From: Octopus vulgaris
Lineage: Eukaryota
DNA length: 64,000 nt
Assembly (NCBI GenBank): GCA_951406725.2
Contig: OX597838.1
Coordinates: 14,198,001 to 14,262,000 of the forward strand
Reading direction: 5' to 3'
Part shown: one piece after another, positions 28,500 through 42,085 of the stretch
How the letters are laid out: each line of letters starts with the position of its first letter
How positions within the stretch are numbered: position 1 is the first letter of the stretch
Translations under genes and position numbers: made by a program
Notes under the pieces: model-generated
The model's input: only the letters and a program-made list of their open reading frames with translations
What the model was told of the DNA's origin: nothing
Database searches by the model: none

Positions 28500-29800
28500 T
28501 GGCTTTAGATCTAACCCATATCAGACATGGCTTGTTGTATGAATTCAAAAGGGGTGCTTCAGTAATGAAAGCAATGAGAGATATTTGTTCTGTTAATGGA
28601 AATTAAGCTTTCTCTAGACACTCCAATGCTGGCTGACCAGTTTTGCTCAGGAAAATTTTCTTCTCACAAATTTCCCTCAATCTGGGCAACCAAGTTCTGA
28701 AAACTGAGTGGGTGTCCCTTATTATATGACTGCTTCTCAGATTAATCAAAGAGTTTCCCCTTGCTTGTCATTGAAGAGTAGACTTGCTATTGAACTTTTT
28801 TCCCGAGCAGAATCACCAGAACTGATGAAAAGTGTGTTCTCTGTAATCATATCTAATGAAAACCACAATGGTTAGCATCCAGTGAAAAAGGAGTATCCAT
28901 CCCCAAACCAGGACGACACCTAAAAAGAAAACTTATGCTCTGTATTTGGTGGGACATGAAGGGTGTCAGCTATTATGAAATGCTAAATCAAAATGATGCA
29001 GTTAATATGGATAAATATGGTTGCCAAGAGAAAGCATTGCATGCAAATTTGCAGAAAAAACACTGGCTGTGTGGTAAGTAGCTTGCTTGCCAACCACATG
29101 GTTCTAGGTTCATGCCCACTGCGTGGCACCTTGGGCAAGTGTCTTCTACTACAGCCTCGGGCCGACCAAAGCCTTGTGAGTGGATTTGGTAGACAGAAAC
29201 TGAAAGAAGCCCGTCGTATATATGTATATATATATATATATATATATGTGTCCGTGTATGTTTGTGTGTCTGTGTTTGTCCCCCTAGCATTGCTTGACAA
29301 CCGATGCTGGTGTGTTTACATTCCCATAACTTAGCGGTTCAGCAAAAGAGACTGATAGAATAAGTACTAGGCTTACAAAGAGTAAGTCCTGGGGTCAATT
29401 TACTCGACTAGAAGGCGGTGCTCCAGCATGGCCACAGTCAAATGACTGAAACGAGAGAAAGAGAGAGAGAATCAGTGATCAATCATGAGAGTGTGTTGCT
29501 CTTACACCAAAAGGCAAGACTACATATGGCCCAAGTCACCCAGAAAAAGATCATGGCACTAAATATGGAAGTTTTGCCTCATCTTCCTTATTTTCCTAAT
29601 CTTGCTCCATCTGACTATCATTTCAGACTATGGTAACATTATTTATAGGGAAAACAGTTTATTAATTGTGAAAAATGTTAAAAATAATACCAAGTGTTTC
29701 TTTGCTTCAAAACCTGAAAAAATTTAAGACCCAAAGAATCAAGAATTTGACAAATAGATGGGATTATGTGATCAATAATGAGAGGAAATATCTTTATTAA
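28500..29800 (+). pseudogene. Decayed mariner transposase interrupted by a SINE
   Basis: HIRHGLLYEFKRG..; LMLCIWWDMKGVSYYEML; EVLPHLPYFPNLAPSDYHF; FFASKP..NRWDYVI. Confidence 0.85.
29064..29455 (+). mobile_element. SINE family A inserted in a mariner remnant
   Basis: Mariner coding sequence on both sides. Confidence 0.9.
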
Positions 29801-29811
29801 ATATTAAATAT

Positions 29812-30319
29812 AGGTACAGGAGTGGCTGTGTGGTAAGTAGCTTGTTTACCAACCACATGGTTCCGGGTTCAGTCCCACAGCATGGCACCTTGGGCAAGTG
29901 TCTTCTACTATAGCCTCGGGCCGACCAAAGCCTTGCGAGTGGATTTGGTAGACGGAAACTGAAAGAAGCCCGTTGTATATATGTATATATCATCATCATC
30001 ATCATCATCGTTTAACGTCCGTTCTCCATGCTAGCATGGGTTGGACGGTTTGACCGGGGATCTGGGAAGCTAGAAGGCTGCACAAATGTGTGCGTGTATG
30101 TTTGTGTGTCTGTGTGTGTCCCCCTAGCATTGCTTCACAACCGATGCTGGTGTGTTTACTTCCCCATCACTTAGCGGTTCGGCAAAAGAGACCGATAGAA
30201 TAAGTACTGGGCTTACAAAGAATAAGTCCCGGGGTCGATTTGCTCGACTAAAGGCGGTGCTCCAGCATGGCCACAGTCAAAATGACTGAAACAAGTAAAA
30301 GAGTAAAAGAGTAAAGAGT
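29812..30319 (+). mobile_element. SINE family A with an RTE-type tail fragment (29990-30085) in its internal microsatellite
   Basis: Similarity to other copies in the window. Confidence 0.85.
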
Positions 30320-31191
30320 ATATCAATTACGACCAAAAATCATTTGTTTCTTTCCTATCTTGTAATAAAAACAGGACTTCCTTTCCAACTTAAAACATCT
30401 TTGTTTTAGCATTCATTTTATCATGCTTATATAGATTGGATGGAGCTCATTCATGCAATTTTTCCAATACTGGATGCCCTTCACGTCACTTACCCTCACC
30501 TCTTTTCAAACAAGGAAATAATCTCTTAGTTTGTCAAACAATAAAACAATTTTCTGTCAGTCAATTTCATTTGCAAGGCAGGCATTGACTGACTTACAGC
30601 TAGAAGTATAAGCCGAACCCCTAACCATCTAGTTCTAAAGCAAACTTCTTAACAACACTACCATGGCTATGTACACACACACACACACACATACGGAGCC
30701 CCAGAAACCAAGGCAAATCAAACTGGAACCTGGTGCAGCTCTCTGGTTTGCCAACACTGATCAAACTAACCCAAACCAGCATGGAAAATGGATGTTAAAG
30801 GATGATGATAATGATGATGATGATATGTATATTTATGTAAATGTACATGTGTGCATATATGTATGTATATAGATATGTATATGTATTTGTGAGTGTCTGT
30901 GTGTGTGTGTCTATGTATGTGTGTGTATATATATATATGTGTGTGTGTGTGTATGAAACAAAGGCGACTGAAGAAGGGGAATTTTCCTTGTTTTGTATGT
31001 CCTGTACTCTATTTTTTCGTTGTTTAAGAAAAATGACCATTTCCTTGGTTTTGTGTTTATGTTTTCGTTTCTCATTGTGTTCGACGTTTTTTGGTGTCCT
31101 GTACCCATACATGCATGTATATATACATGTAGAGGTAGGTACGTACATATATGTATGTATATTATGCATATGCTTTATTTATTCATTAATT

Positions 31192-31235
<44 letters not shown>

Positions 31236-32273
31236 ACATGGACACACAGACACACACAAGAATACCTCAGTATGTATGTACATCCTAATTTATCTAATAG
31301 AGGCATTTATTCACAAAGAGTGCTGTACAACTAATCAGAAATTTGTTGGATCTACAACCAATTGGTTATTGGTGAAAAGCTATTACAGTATATGGAGGAG
31401 AGAGTGAAGCAGAGACGAACAGAGAGAAGCAGATGATATATATATACACATTTATATATATATATATTTTAATATATATATATATATATATATAAATACA
31501 AAGTGGGAAGCCACTCATCTCCAGAACTACTTAAAATGCAAGCATAAGGAAAGGAAATCTCTGAATTGAAGGAGAGTACGTTGGAATTCGCTTTCTCTGG
31601 ATGATGCCGATGACTGAAACTGAATCCTTCACCCACTGAAGGCATCAAACCATCAGTAGAGATGGGAGGAGGAGGGGGATGGGGAGGGAGGGAATTGATG
31701 TGGTGCAGTGGTAGGAGGAGAAGGAAGAGAGTGTGTTAATTTCTGAAATGTAAGGCTGCGTGTGGTGGTGGTAGTGGTGGTGGTGGTGGTGGTGGTGGTG
31801 GAGTTGTTGGTGGTGGTGGTGGTAGTGGTGGTGGTGGAGTTGGTGGTGGTTTGTGGTAGTGGTGGTGGTTTGTGGTGGTGGTGGTGGTTTGTGGTAGTGG
31901 TGGTGGTGGTGGTGGTGGTGGCTCATGGGGGAAGACGAGGTGGTGGAATAGGAGATAAGTTGGAAGCAACAGAATTTCTTGTACACATGCACACACAAAC
32001 ACACGAGTGTATGCAAATACATGCACATGCACAATTGCATGTACGTGGATGCAGACACAAAACAAACCGACAGACACACACTGACACTCAAATATATACA
32101 TCTTACCCACAGATACAGACAGACACCACACACACACACACACACACACACATACAAACACAGACCTACATATAAAATAAACCAACAGCCACAGTAACTG
32201 ACTCAAACACACATGTATACACACACACATATGCATGCATGGACACACGCACACACACACGCACACGTGAACA

Positions 32274-32345
<72 letters not shown>

Positions 32346-32680
32346 TTCCACAATAACTCAAACACACGTATGCACACACGCACATGCACACACACATATA
32401 CACACACACATACACACACACACAAACACACGCGCACACAGACATACACACACACACATACACACACACATACACATACACACACACATACATACACACG
32501 CACACACATGAACACACATGCACGTACACAAAAGTTCCACAATAACTCAAACACGCATGTATGCACACACACACATATGCATGCATGCACACACGCACAT
32601 GCACACACACATACACACACACACAAACACACAAACATGCACACACACACACATACACACAAACACACACACACACACAT

Positions 32681-32718
<38 letters not shown>

Positions 32719-33249
32719 ATGCACGTACACAAAAGTTCCACAATAACTCAAACACATGTATTCACACACGCACATGCACACACACATACACACAAACACA
32801 CATACACACACGCACACACACACACACACACACACATGCACGTACACAAAAGTTCCTGTCCAATATCTCCACAGAACCGACGAACATCAAAATGCTTTCT
32901 AAATCCATATTTCTATTACTTTTGCTAGGCGTGACTGTTGCATAGGAATTATTGTTTCTCTCATCTTCTCTTGTCTTGGAATCATAATGGTAATGGCTAA
33001 AAGAGGCTTGTTGTTGATGTTATTGTTCAACTTCCAGGTCACCTCTAATTCCAGCAGACCAATGACCTTTGATCAAATGTGTTCTAACTGCAGCCATTAC
33101 ATCTCTTAATTGGTGTATCATACCAAGGACTAAATTATCCAATGTACACTCCCTTCATGTTGCTTAGTACTTGATGGGCCCTGATCTAATAAACCTATGA
33201 TCAAGGGTGTTCCAGCTGTGATCACACAGTCTTTTATTCAGAGTGTATT

Positions 33250-33510
33250 CAAATAAAATAAATGCGCCCTTTTAAAGCCTAACCAGACTCATGGGCCCGC
33301 TTTCCCGGTTTCTATGGCCATATGTATTCCCCAGCTGGACGGGACGCCAGTCCATTGCAGGATTACTCATTTTTGCCAGCTGAGTGGACTGGAGCAATGT
33401 GAAATGAAGTGTTATGCTCAAAAACACAATGCATCGCCCGGTCCAGGAATCGAAACCACAATCTTACGATCATAATGCTGACACCCTAACCACTAAGCCA
33501 CGCGCCTCCA
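33250..33510 (-). mobile_element. SINE family B, young, with 11-bp TSD CAGAGTGTATT
   Basis: TSD at 33239-33249 and 33511-33521. Confidence 0.9.
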
Positions 33511-34784
33511 CAGAGTGTATTTAAGAATACATTATCTAATGTGTCTCTCCTTAGTATTATTTAGCTCTAAGTCAACCCTAGGGTTTGTCCACAACACTCA
33601 GTAAGGAACATAAGACCGGTTTTCCAATTTACTCTGGCATATATATTTTTCCCTGGATGGGATGCTAGTCCATTTCAGGGTTACTCATTTTGACCAGCTG
33701 AGTGAAATGAAGAGTTTTGCTCAAGAACACAATGCATTGCCTGGCCCAGGAGTTGAAACCAAAATCTTACAATCACGAGTCCAACACCCTAACCACTAAG
33801 CCATGTGCCTCCACTACGTCAACCCTAATCCAATATATATTGGTTTTTATTAGTGGGTTTCATGAACAATTCACGTGTTTTCGTTTAATGGTTCCATCAA
33901 GAAAGTTGTTTTGGCTTTTTACTTTTTCTTTCCAATGATTTTTCCTTTCTCTTTTCAATGGTTTTGTGAGAAACCTAGGCTTTTAAATTATGTTAGTTCT
34001 TTCTGAACCTGTCTATAGATTGAGAACAGAAAATGCAACCCATTGTCTCTGTATATGCCTCTAGCGATGAAAGGGAATTTACCATACAAAATTTTAAGAA
34101 TATATAATCTGATTATATCCAGCATAGTTTACTGTGACTATCAGCATTGGTTAAGAGATGGTCAGGCAGTATTCTTTGATAGGGAATTGGAAGAAGCAGT
34201 TTCTTTTCTCCTTTTGAATGACTGATTCATTTTATGACTGATTCTGTATTATTCCATAATAGCAGAGAGGATTTTTTGGGGGAGATTTTTCAAAGTTGGG
34301 TAGGGGGAAACAGTATACAATATACAAGGTACCAAATTGGCAGAACCAATTAGGGCATCATGTAGAATGTCTTGTGATAACATTTTATTTTGGCTCCATG
34401 GCTCTGAGTTCAAATCTCACGGAAGTTATTTTGTTTTTCATCATTCAGGGATGAAGAAATAAAATGCTAGAAACAGCAGCTAAATATTTTTCATATTATA
34501 CACTACCATCTGAAAAACAGTCACATTAGATAATGCAGTAAACAAGATAGTTATACCAATATCTGGGAAATTTTATGGGATGTGCTCAACCAGCTAGAAA
34601 TATCAGCCAAATCTCTCTCAAATAACACCCTAACAATTTTGAAGAAGGAAGGACATAAATGACACTGTAACCTTAAATAAAGAAGGTAAGACTGCCATTG
34701 TAGGACTCTTTTGATCATGTCTGCTGGATCTAAGGTTAACCAGGGGCTAAACAACAACAAAGAAGAATACAATAGATAACATAG

Positions 34785-35155
34785 GGGTAGGAGTGGCTTA
34801 CGAACCACATGGTTCCAGGTTCAGTCCCACTGTGTGGCACCCTGGGCAAGTGTCTTCTACTATAGCCTCGGGCCGACCAAAGCCTTGTGAGTGGATTTGG
34901 TAGACGGAAACTGAAAGAAGCCCGTCATATATATGTATATATATATATATATGTATGTGTCTGTGTTTGTCCCCCCAACATCACTTGACATAGATGCTGG
35001 TGTGTTTACGTCGCCGTAACTTAGCGGTTCAGCAAAAAGAGACCGATAGAATAAGTACTAGGCTTACAAAAAAATAAGTCTCGGGGTCGATTTGCTCGAC
35101 TAAAGGTGGTGCTCCAGCATGGCCGCAGTCAAATGACTGAAACAAGTAAAAGAGT
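34785..35155 (+). mobile_element. SINE family A
   Basis: Similarity to 127-546. Confidence 0.9.
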
Positions 35156-35749
35156 ATATAAAAATACAATAGGAATGTTTTAAACATCAAAAGGCTCTGA
35201 GAGTTCATCTGAGTAAAACTGGAATCAAAGGGGCCCATAGGCAAAAATGGTTACAAACTACTGTATTAGATCATACAGACTAGAAACACTGTTTATGATT
35301 ACTAGATGTGATGGTCATGGTTGGTAAGTCTATTTCTCTGTAAGTCTCCTAGCTTGAGGTTGAGGTTAAAAACTGTAACGAGAACACATTAAATGACAAC
35401 GTTTGAGAAATACAGCGTGTCTGAATCAACAATAGGACATTTGAATAAAAGATGGGGTACATGAGATAATGTAGTCCAAGATACACTAGACCTGAACATA
35501 AGACACGACACAGATGATGTAGTCGTTGACACACTAAGTCACCTTAAAAGACAGGTGTGGTTACATCCAATATGTCCACGATCATTGGTCAGCTACACCG
35601 CTGTTACTACTACTACTACTACTACCACTACCACTACCACCACCACTACTACTACCACCGCCACCACCACCACCACCACTACTACTACCACCACCACCAC
35701 TACAACTGCCACCACCACCACCACTACTACTACTACTACTATTACTACC

Positions 35750-35792
<43 letters not shown>

Positions 35793-35851
35793 CCACGACC
35801 ACGACCACCACTACTATTACCACCACCACCACTACTACTACTATTACCACC

Positions 35852-35898
<47 letters not shown>

Positions 35899-36826
35899 CA
35901 CAACCACCACCACCACCACTACTACTACTATTACTACCACCACCACTACCACTACTACAACTACTACTACTACTACTACTGTTACCACTACCACTGCTGC
36001 TGCTGCTGCTACTACTAGTGTCCAAGGACCTCTGACTAGATAAATATAGGACTGGGACCAATTCCTTTGGAATTAAAACCAAACGAAGCAAATAAAGAAT
36101 TGTTCCTTTAAGAGCCATAATTACAACATAGATGGCTGGGTTTGCCACCAGAAGCTTGCGCGCCAAATACTTCTGATATGGTAAGTATAGAAAGGAGACT
36201 AATGGCTTAAAGCTTTGCATTTCAAAGAATGCAGTTGTTGCATTCTAAAAATTCTTGAAATTTAATTAAACTCAAATTTGCTTGATGTTTTTAATTGAAT
36301 TCACATTTGTAATTAGTGTAGAGTTCTTGATGTCAGCGGAATAAATGATGGCTTAGAATAGAGTCGGAAATACCATAATGTCTTTGGGGTGGACCAAAAT
36401 AATGCAGTACCACAGAGAACTCTGCTGCCACCGTTTTCACCATCGACAACATTATCAGTGAACTCGTTCTCTGCTGTGGTTGTTTTCATCATCAACATCA
36501 TCGTTATTATATAATTACATATAGATATATACATCATTATATAGCTATTATATATATACGTATAGGTGCAAACATAGTTGTGTGGTAAGAAGTTTGCTTC
36601 CTAGCCACATGGTTCTGGGTTCAGTTCCCTTGCACAGCACTGTCGGCAAATGTTTTCTATTTATAGCCTTGGCCCAACCAAAACCCTGTGAGTGGATTTG
36701 GTAGACAGAAACCGAAAGAAGCCCGCCATGTATATGTATATATATATATATATATATTGTTGATTCGTTAGCTACTGCACGCATTTTTTTTCTCTCCTTC
36801 TTTCTGTGTTTTTCTCTCTCTGTGTA

Positions 36827-36864
36827 TCTTTCTGTTGAAGAGCGTAGGCTCGAAACGTTAAAGA
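36827..36864 (+). ncRNA. Ultra-minimal hammerhead variant (A6U core) in a Penelope-like fragment
   Basis: TCTTT-CTGTTGA-A-GAGC-gtag-GCTC-GAAA-CG-TT-AAAGA. Confidence 0.55.
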
Positions 36865-37115
36865 CTTGTTTTATTTATATTTCCTGAGCGCCATACTAAT
36901 ACAATTGTTCGTTTGTTTTCCACCTGCCTTCGTCTTTTGTTTATTTTCATAAAGCTTCCCGTTATATATATATATACATACATATATCTATATATATATA
37001 TATATATATATACATACATATATATAAAGGGAAAGTTTACGAAAATAAACAAAAGATGAAGGCAGGTGGAGTACAAACAAACAAATGTATTAGTATAGCG
37101 CTCAGGAATAGAAAG

Positions 37116-37153
37116 TCTTTTACGTTTCGAGCCTACGCTCTTCGACAGAAAGA
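37116..37153 (-). ncRNA. Ultra-minimal hammerhead variant (A6U core), inverted partner of the 36827 copy
   Basis: Reverse complement reads TCTTT-CTGTCGA-A-GAGC-gtag-GCTC-GAAA-CG-TA-AAAGA. Confidence 0.55.
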
Positions 37154-37196
37154 TACATAGAAAAAAACAAGGAGAGAAAAATGCGTGTAGGAGCTA

Positions 37197-37227
<31 letters not shown>

Positions 37228-37402
37228 CGGTTATCAATTTGTTGCAAGATTCCTGATGTGAAATCGTGTGTTGAAACTGATATTGTTGTATTTTGGGAGG
37301 GTCATTTTTTTTTGTTTTGATAAAGATTTCTGGACAATAGACATGAGTTAAAAAAAAAAAAAAATGATCATCCTGAAATACAACAATATATATATAAACA
37401 GT

Positions 37403-37725
37403 GAAGGCACATGGCTTAGTGGTTAGGGCATTCAGTTCACGATCGTAAGGTCATGAGTTCAATTTCTGTTGATGCGTTGTGTCCTTGAGCAAGACACTTT
37501 ATTTCATGTTGCTCCAGTCCACTCAGCTGGCGAGAATTAGTAGTGCCTGTATTTCAAAGGGCCAGCCTTGTCACGCTCTGTGTCATGCTGAATCTCTCTG
37601 AGAACTATATTAAGGGTACATGTGTCTGTGGAGTGCTCAGCCACATGCACATTAATTTCAGAAGCAAGCTGTTCCGTTGATGGTATCAGCTGGGACCCTC
37701 ATCTTTGCAACCGATAGAGTGCTCC
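37403..37725 (+). mobile_element. SINE with a family-B head and family-C tail
   Basis: 3' half matches the reverse complement of 49335-49520. Confidence 0.8.
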
Positions 37726-38589
37726 TAATATATAATACGAGCAAAACGCCCCCCCCCACCGTCCAAAGGACGGTGCTGTGTTGTCAAACGTCTAAACTAA
37801 ATTTTCAGAAAACAATTTGTCCGACTGTCCCATAGGCCTCCCCTTTGAGAAACACTGATTTAACCTAAATTTGAGACACCGGCAAAAGAAGAAGTAAAGA
37901 TAGACTTTTTTTCTATTCCAAAGAAAAACGACTTTATTCACACAAATATGCAACCGAAGAGTTTAAAGTACCAGTAATGATAACTGGGAGAATGCAAACA
38001 TGGTTTAAACAGTAAGCTTGGCAGGAAAGAAACGTGCCTTTAAGTAGTACAAAAACAACAAAATATGGAAGGTGCAGTTATGTACAGGTTGACGGAAGAA
38101 AAGCAGGACAAAAACGGCTTTATCGATCGCATTCTCACCTGGAATCAATTTTTGTAATTATGTATGTGTGTGTGTTTGTCCCCCCAACATCGCTTGACAA
38201 TCGATGCTGGTGTGTTTACGTCCCCGTAACTTAGCAGTTCAGCAAAAGAGACCAATATAATAAGTACTAGGCGTACAGAGAATAAGTCCTGGGGTCGACT
38301 TGCTCGACTAAAGGCGGTGCTCCAGCATGGCCTCAGTCAAATGACTGAAACAAGTAAAAGAATACACAAAATATTTTAATGATATTTTAATTATGAAAAT
38401 ATGATATGAAGTTTTTAAACATTGAATGCCTAGGAGGAGGGTTCACCCAGGTAAATTGAGCATCAAAGGGATCCAAGGGATCAAAGGTAAAAAAAAAAAA
38501 ATGCCTGAGAAACATTGGTGTGGTTGAGAGAGGGGGGGGGGAGAAAAGGTTGCAAAATTAACACTGGTATTTTATTAATCAGCCTCATT

Positions 38590-38810
38590 AAGTCAGCAAG
38601 CTGGCAGAGTCATTTGAGCAACAGACAAAATACTTAGTGGCTTTCATCTGTATCCACGTTCTGAGTTCAAATACTGCCAAAGTCAACTTTGCTTTTCATC
38701 CCTTTTGGGGGGGTCGATAAAAATAAGTATCAGTCAAGCACTGGGGTCAATGTAATCAACTAGGCTCCCTTTCCCCAAAAATTTCAGGCCTTGTGTCTAT
38801 AGAAAAAAAA
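38590..38810 (+). mobile_element. SINE family M
   Basis: Central-domain similarity. Confidence 0.75.
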
Positions 38811-39741
38811 GGATTAATTAACTTCAGAAATATGAAAAGCAAAGGTGTGACCTCAGCAGGATTTGAACTCACAACCTACAGATCCAGAACAAATAATACT
38901 GCAAAGCTTATCGAACACCTTACTGTGTTAGAAACTGAACTGTTATCTGCATCTCCCCCCTCCTTCCCCTCCTCCTGTCCTGCGTAGAATTTGCAACACG
39001 TGACTGACACATCACTGCACAGTTTATCAGCTACAAACACACCTGAGAGATGCGTCGTTCTGTTGCAATGCAGCGTACTTTTGAGAACGTGTATGCACGT
39101 GCGAACATCTGTTGATGTGAGTTTATGCATGTCTGTGCTTGTGTGTGTGTGTGTGTGTGTGTGAGTGTGTGTGTGTGTGTGTGTGTGCATGTGTGCGTGC
39201 GTATGTGTGTCAGTGAAAGAACAAGTGCTTGTTGTTTTTGACTCTGTGTGTGTGTGTGTGTATGTGTGTGATGACGTATGCATGTGTATATGCATGTGTG
39301 TATATGCGTATGTATAAATCTGTATGCGCATGTGAACGTCTGTTTATGTGAGTTTATGCATGTCTGTGCTTGTGTGTGTGTGTGTGTATGTGCATGTGCG
39401 TGCATATGTGTGTCAGTGAAAGAACAAGTGTTTGTACATTTCTGTTTTTGACTCTGTGTGTATGTGTGTATGTGTGTGTGATGACGTATGCACGTGTATA
39501 TGCATATGTGTGTATATGTGTATGTATAAGCATGTTTATGTTTGTATAAATCTGTATGCACGTGTGAACGTCTGTTTGTGTGAGATTATGCATGTCTGTG
39601 CTTGTAAGTGTGCACGTGCCTGTAAGCATGCGTGTGTGTGTGTATGTGTGAGTATGTATGTCAGTGGAAGAATGAGTGTTTGTACATATATTTATGACGG
39701 TGTATGTGTGATGATGCATGTATATATATATATATGTGTGT

Positions 39742-39778
<37 letters not shown>

Positions 39779-40985
39779 TGTGTATGCATATGTATAAGTG
39801 TGTTTATGTTTGTATGAATTTATGCATGTATGTATGTATGTGTATTTAAATATGCTTGTGTATGGATATATATATATATATATATTTATATGTGTGTGTG
39901 TATGTATGTGTGAGTGAATGTGTGTGTGTGTGAGTGAGTGTGTGTGTGTGTGTGCCTATGTAAGTATGTGTGTATGCTTGTATGTATATCTGTGTATGTG
40001 TGTTTGTGTGTGAGTGTGTGCCTATGTAAGTATGTGTGTATGCTTGTATGCATATTGGTGTATGTGTGTGTGTGTTTGTGTATGTGTGTGTATGTGTGTG
40101 TTTGTGTGTGTTTGTGTGTGTGTGTGCCTATGTAAGTATGTGTGTATGCTTGTGTGTATATTTGTGTATATGTATGTGTGTGTATTTAATCAATGACTCC
40201 AGAAGAGAGGAACTAGGACATTCACAACAAGCTACCTCAGTTGTTGCACTTTTAGCCCAGGTTATCCCTGATCCAGCGAATAAAGGATCAAACTGTCCCA
40301 GCCATGACCATCCCACTGGTGAACTTCATTATCTATCATGCCATTTAATTATTTATTTAAAACAATCAGGTCTGATTTGAGAGAATTTGGCTGCTATTTC
40401 TGACGGGTCGATGCAGAAACTCCTTCATGTGGTCCCACTGATGATGTTGCAGATAGCACAGATGTTGATAATGATGATGATGATGACGATGATTTATATA
40501 ATGCTGTTGTTGATGATGATGATGGCGGTGGTGGTGGTGGTGTTGTAGATTGTACTGCTGTTGATGATGATGGTGATGTAGACATCAGTGTAGTTGACAG
40601 CAATGATTTGGAAAGTGTTTAGGATGATGACGATAATGATGATGATGATGATGATGATGACGATGACGACGATGATGATGATGATGATAATGATGATGAC
40701 GATGATGATGATGATGATGATGACGATGATGATGACGATGATGATGATGATAGTGGTGGTGGTGGTGGTGGTGGTGAGGTTATCTAGTGTTGTTGTTGAT
40801 GTTGCTGCTACCACAACGATGCCAATATTGAAACCAGTGATGTATTGCCGGAATCTGTTTTAGACAATGATGGTCATCAAGATAACGATAACGGTCATTA
40901 ATAACGACACAGTAATAATAACTTTCGTTTTTTATAATTTTTGCTAAAACAACAATGTAGCATAGGAGACTATACACAGACAGGT

Positions 40986-41402
40986 TACTCTTTTACTCTT
41001 TTACTTGTTTCAGTCATTTTGACTGTGGCCACGCTGGAGCACTGCCTTTTAATCGAGCAAATCGACCCCAGGACTTATTCTTTGTAAGCCTAGTGCTTAT
41101 TCTATCGGTCTCTTTTGCCGAACCACTAAGTTACGGGGATGTAAACACACCAGCATCGATCGGTTGTCAAGCGATTTTGGGAGGACAAACACAGACACAC
41201 AAACATACACACACACACACACACATATATATATACATATACACATATATATATATATATATATACATATATACGATGGGCTTCTTTTCGGTTTCCGTCT
41301 ACCAAATCCACTCACAAGGCTTTGGTTGGCCCGAGGCTATAGTAGAAGACACTTGCCCAAGGTGCCATGCAGTGGGACTGAACCCAGAACCATGTGGTTG
41401 GT
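40986..41402 (-). mobile_element. SINE family A
   Basis: Similarity to 127-546. Confidence 0.9.
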
Positions 41403-41905
41403 ACAAAAACTCTCAGGATTTACACTGGAAACAGATAATGAAAACTGAAGAAATGACATACACAGTGTACAAACATAATAGGATCTGCAGATAAAAAAAC
41501 ACACAAAGCACTGTTACTGAGCTAGGATAAATGGTACATGCCTTGTCCCAGCTGGTGTCCTGTAGCTTGAAAATGATGATGAGCATAATACTTGTCACCG
41601 ATGTAAAAAATATGTTATATGCAGACATCATTTGTAATTTTTAGACCCTGTTGGTGATGGTGCCATGTAAAAAGGCACTTGGTGCTGGTGCCTCATAAAA
41701 ATAGCACCTGATGCACTCTGTAAAGTGTTTGGCTTTAGGAAGGGCAGCCAGCTGTAGAAACCATGCCAAAACAGAACATAGAACCTGGTGTGGCATCTGG
41801 CCTTGCCAGTTCCGGTCAAACTGTCCAACCCATGCCAGCATGGAAAACAGGCAATAAGAGATGATGATGATGATGATGGCATTCATATTCATATATATAT
41901 ATATA

Positions 41906-42085
41906 TATATTAGAAGAAATGAGGTACTCAGAAAGTCGGATGGTTTATATTCAGAGATATTTATTTGTATATTACATTTTTTATACATCATATAACTTAG
42001 ATCATGTATTAGCACTTTCTCCCATTCTAGTGGGGTTTTCAAATCAAACATCCGATTTTCTGAGTACCTCATTTCTTCTAATATA
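41906..42085. mobile_element. Inverted-repeat element (~37-bp arms) at a (TA)n tract
   Basis: TATATTAGAAGAAATGAGGTACTCAGAAAGTCGGATG / CATCCGATTTTCTGAGTACCTCATTTCTTCTAATATA. Confidence 0.75.

Larger units (their letters stand above)
36757..37200. mobile_element. Inverted pair of ~200-bp Penelope-like terminal-repeat fragments separated by (TA)n
   Basis: 36757-36965 and 37025-37200 are near reverse complements, and each carries a hammerhead motif. Related copies lie at 14465-14630, 56515-56715, 62190-62390 and 63395-63600. Confidence 0.6.
36563..38362 (+). mobile_element. SINE family A halves (36563-36745 and 38160-38362) separated by ~1.4 kb of other elements
   Basis: The head ends, and the tail begins, at the internal microsatellite. 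Confidence 0.7.

Noticed and set aside
30953-31110. Element with CTGAAGA plus a hairpin resembling a hammerhead half
   Set aside because: No downstream GAAA/UH in the correct topology.
31520-31990. Pro/His-rich coding exon
   Set aside because: Trinucleotide repeat with stops nearby and no consistent splice sites.
37757-37775. Perfect 8-bp GC hairpin as a Helitron 3' end or terminator
   Set aside because: No proper CTRR terminus and no matching 5' end; insufficient support.
41413-41560. Candidate phase-0 exon 3 (DTSWDKACTIYPSS...) on the minus strand
   Set aside because: Weak acceptor, no recognisable homology, and AT-rich intron-like composition.
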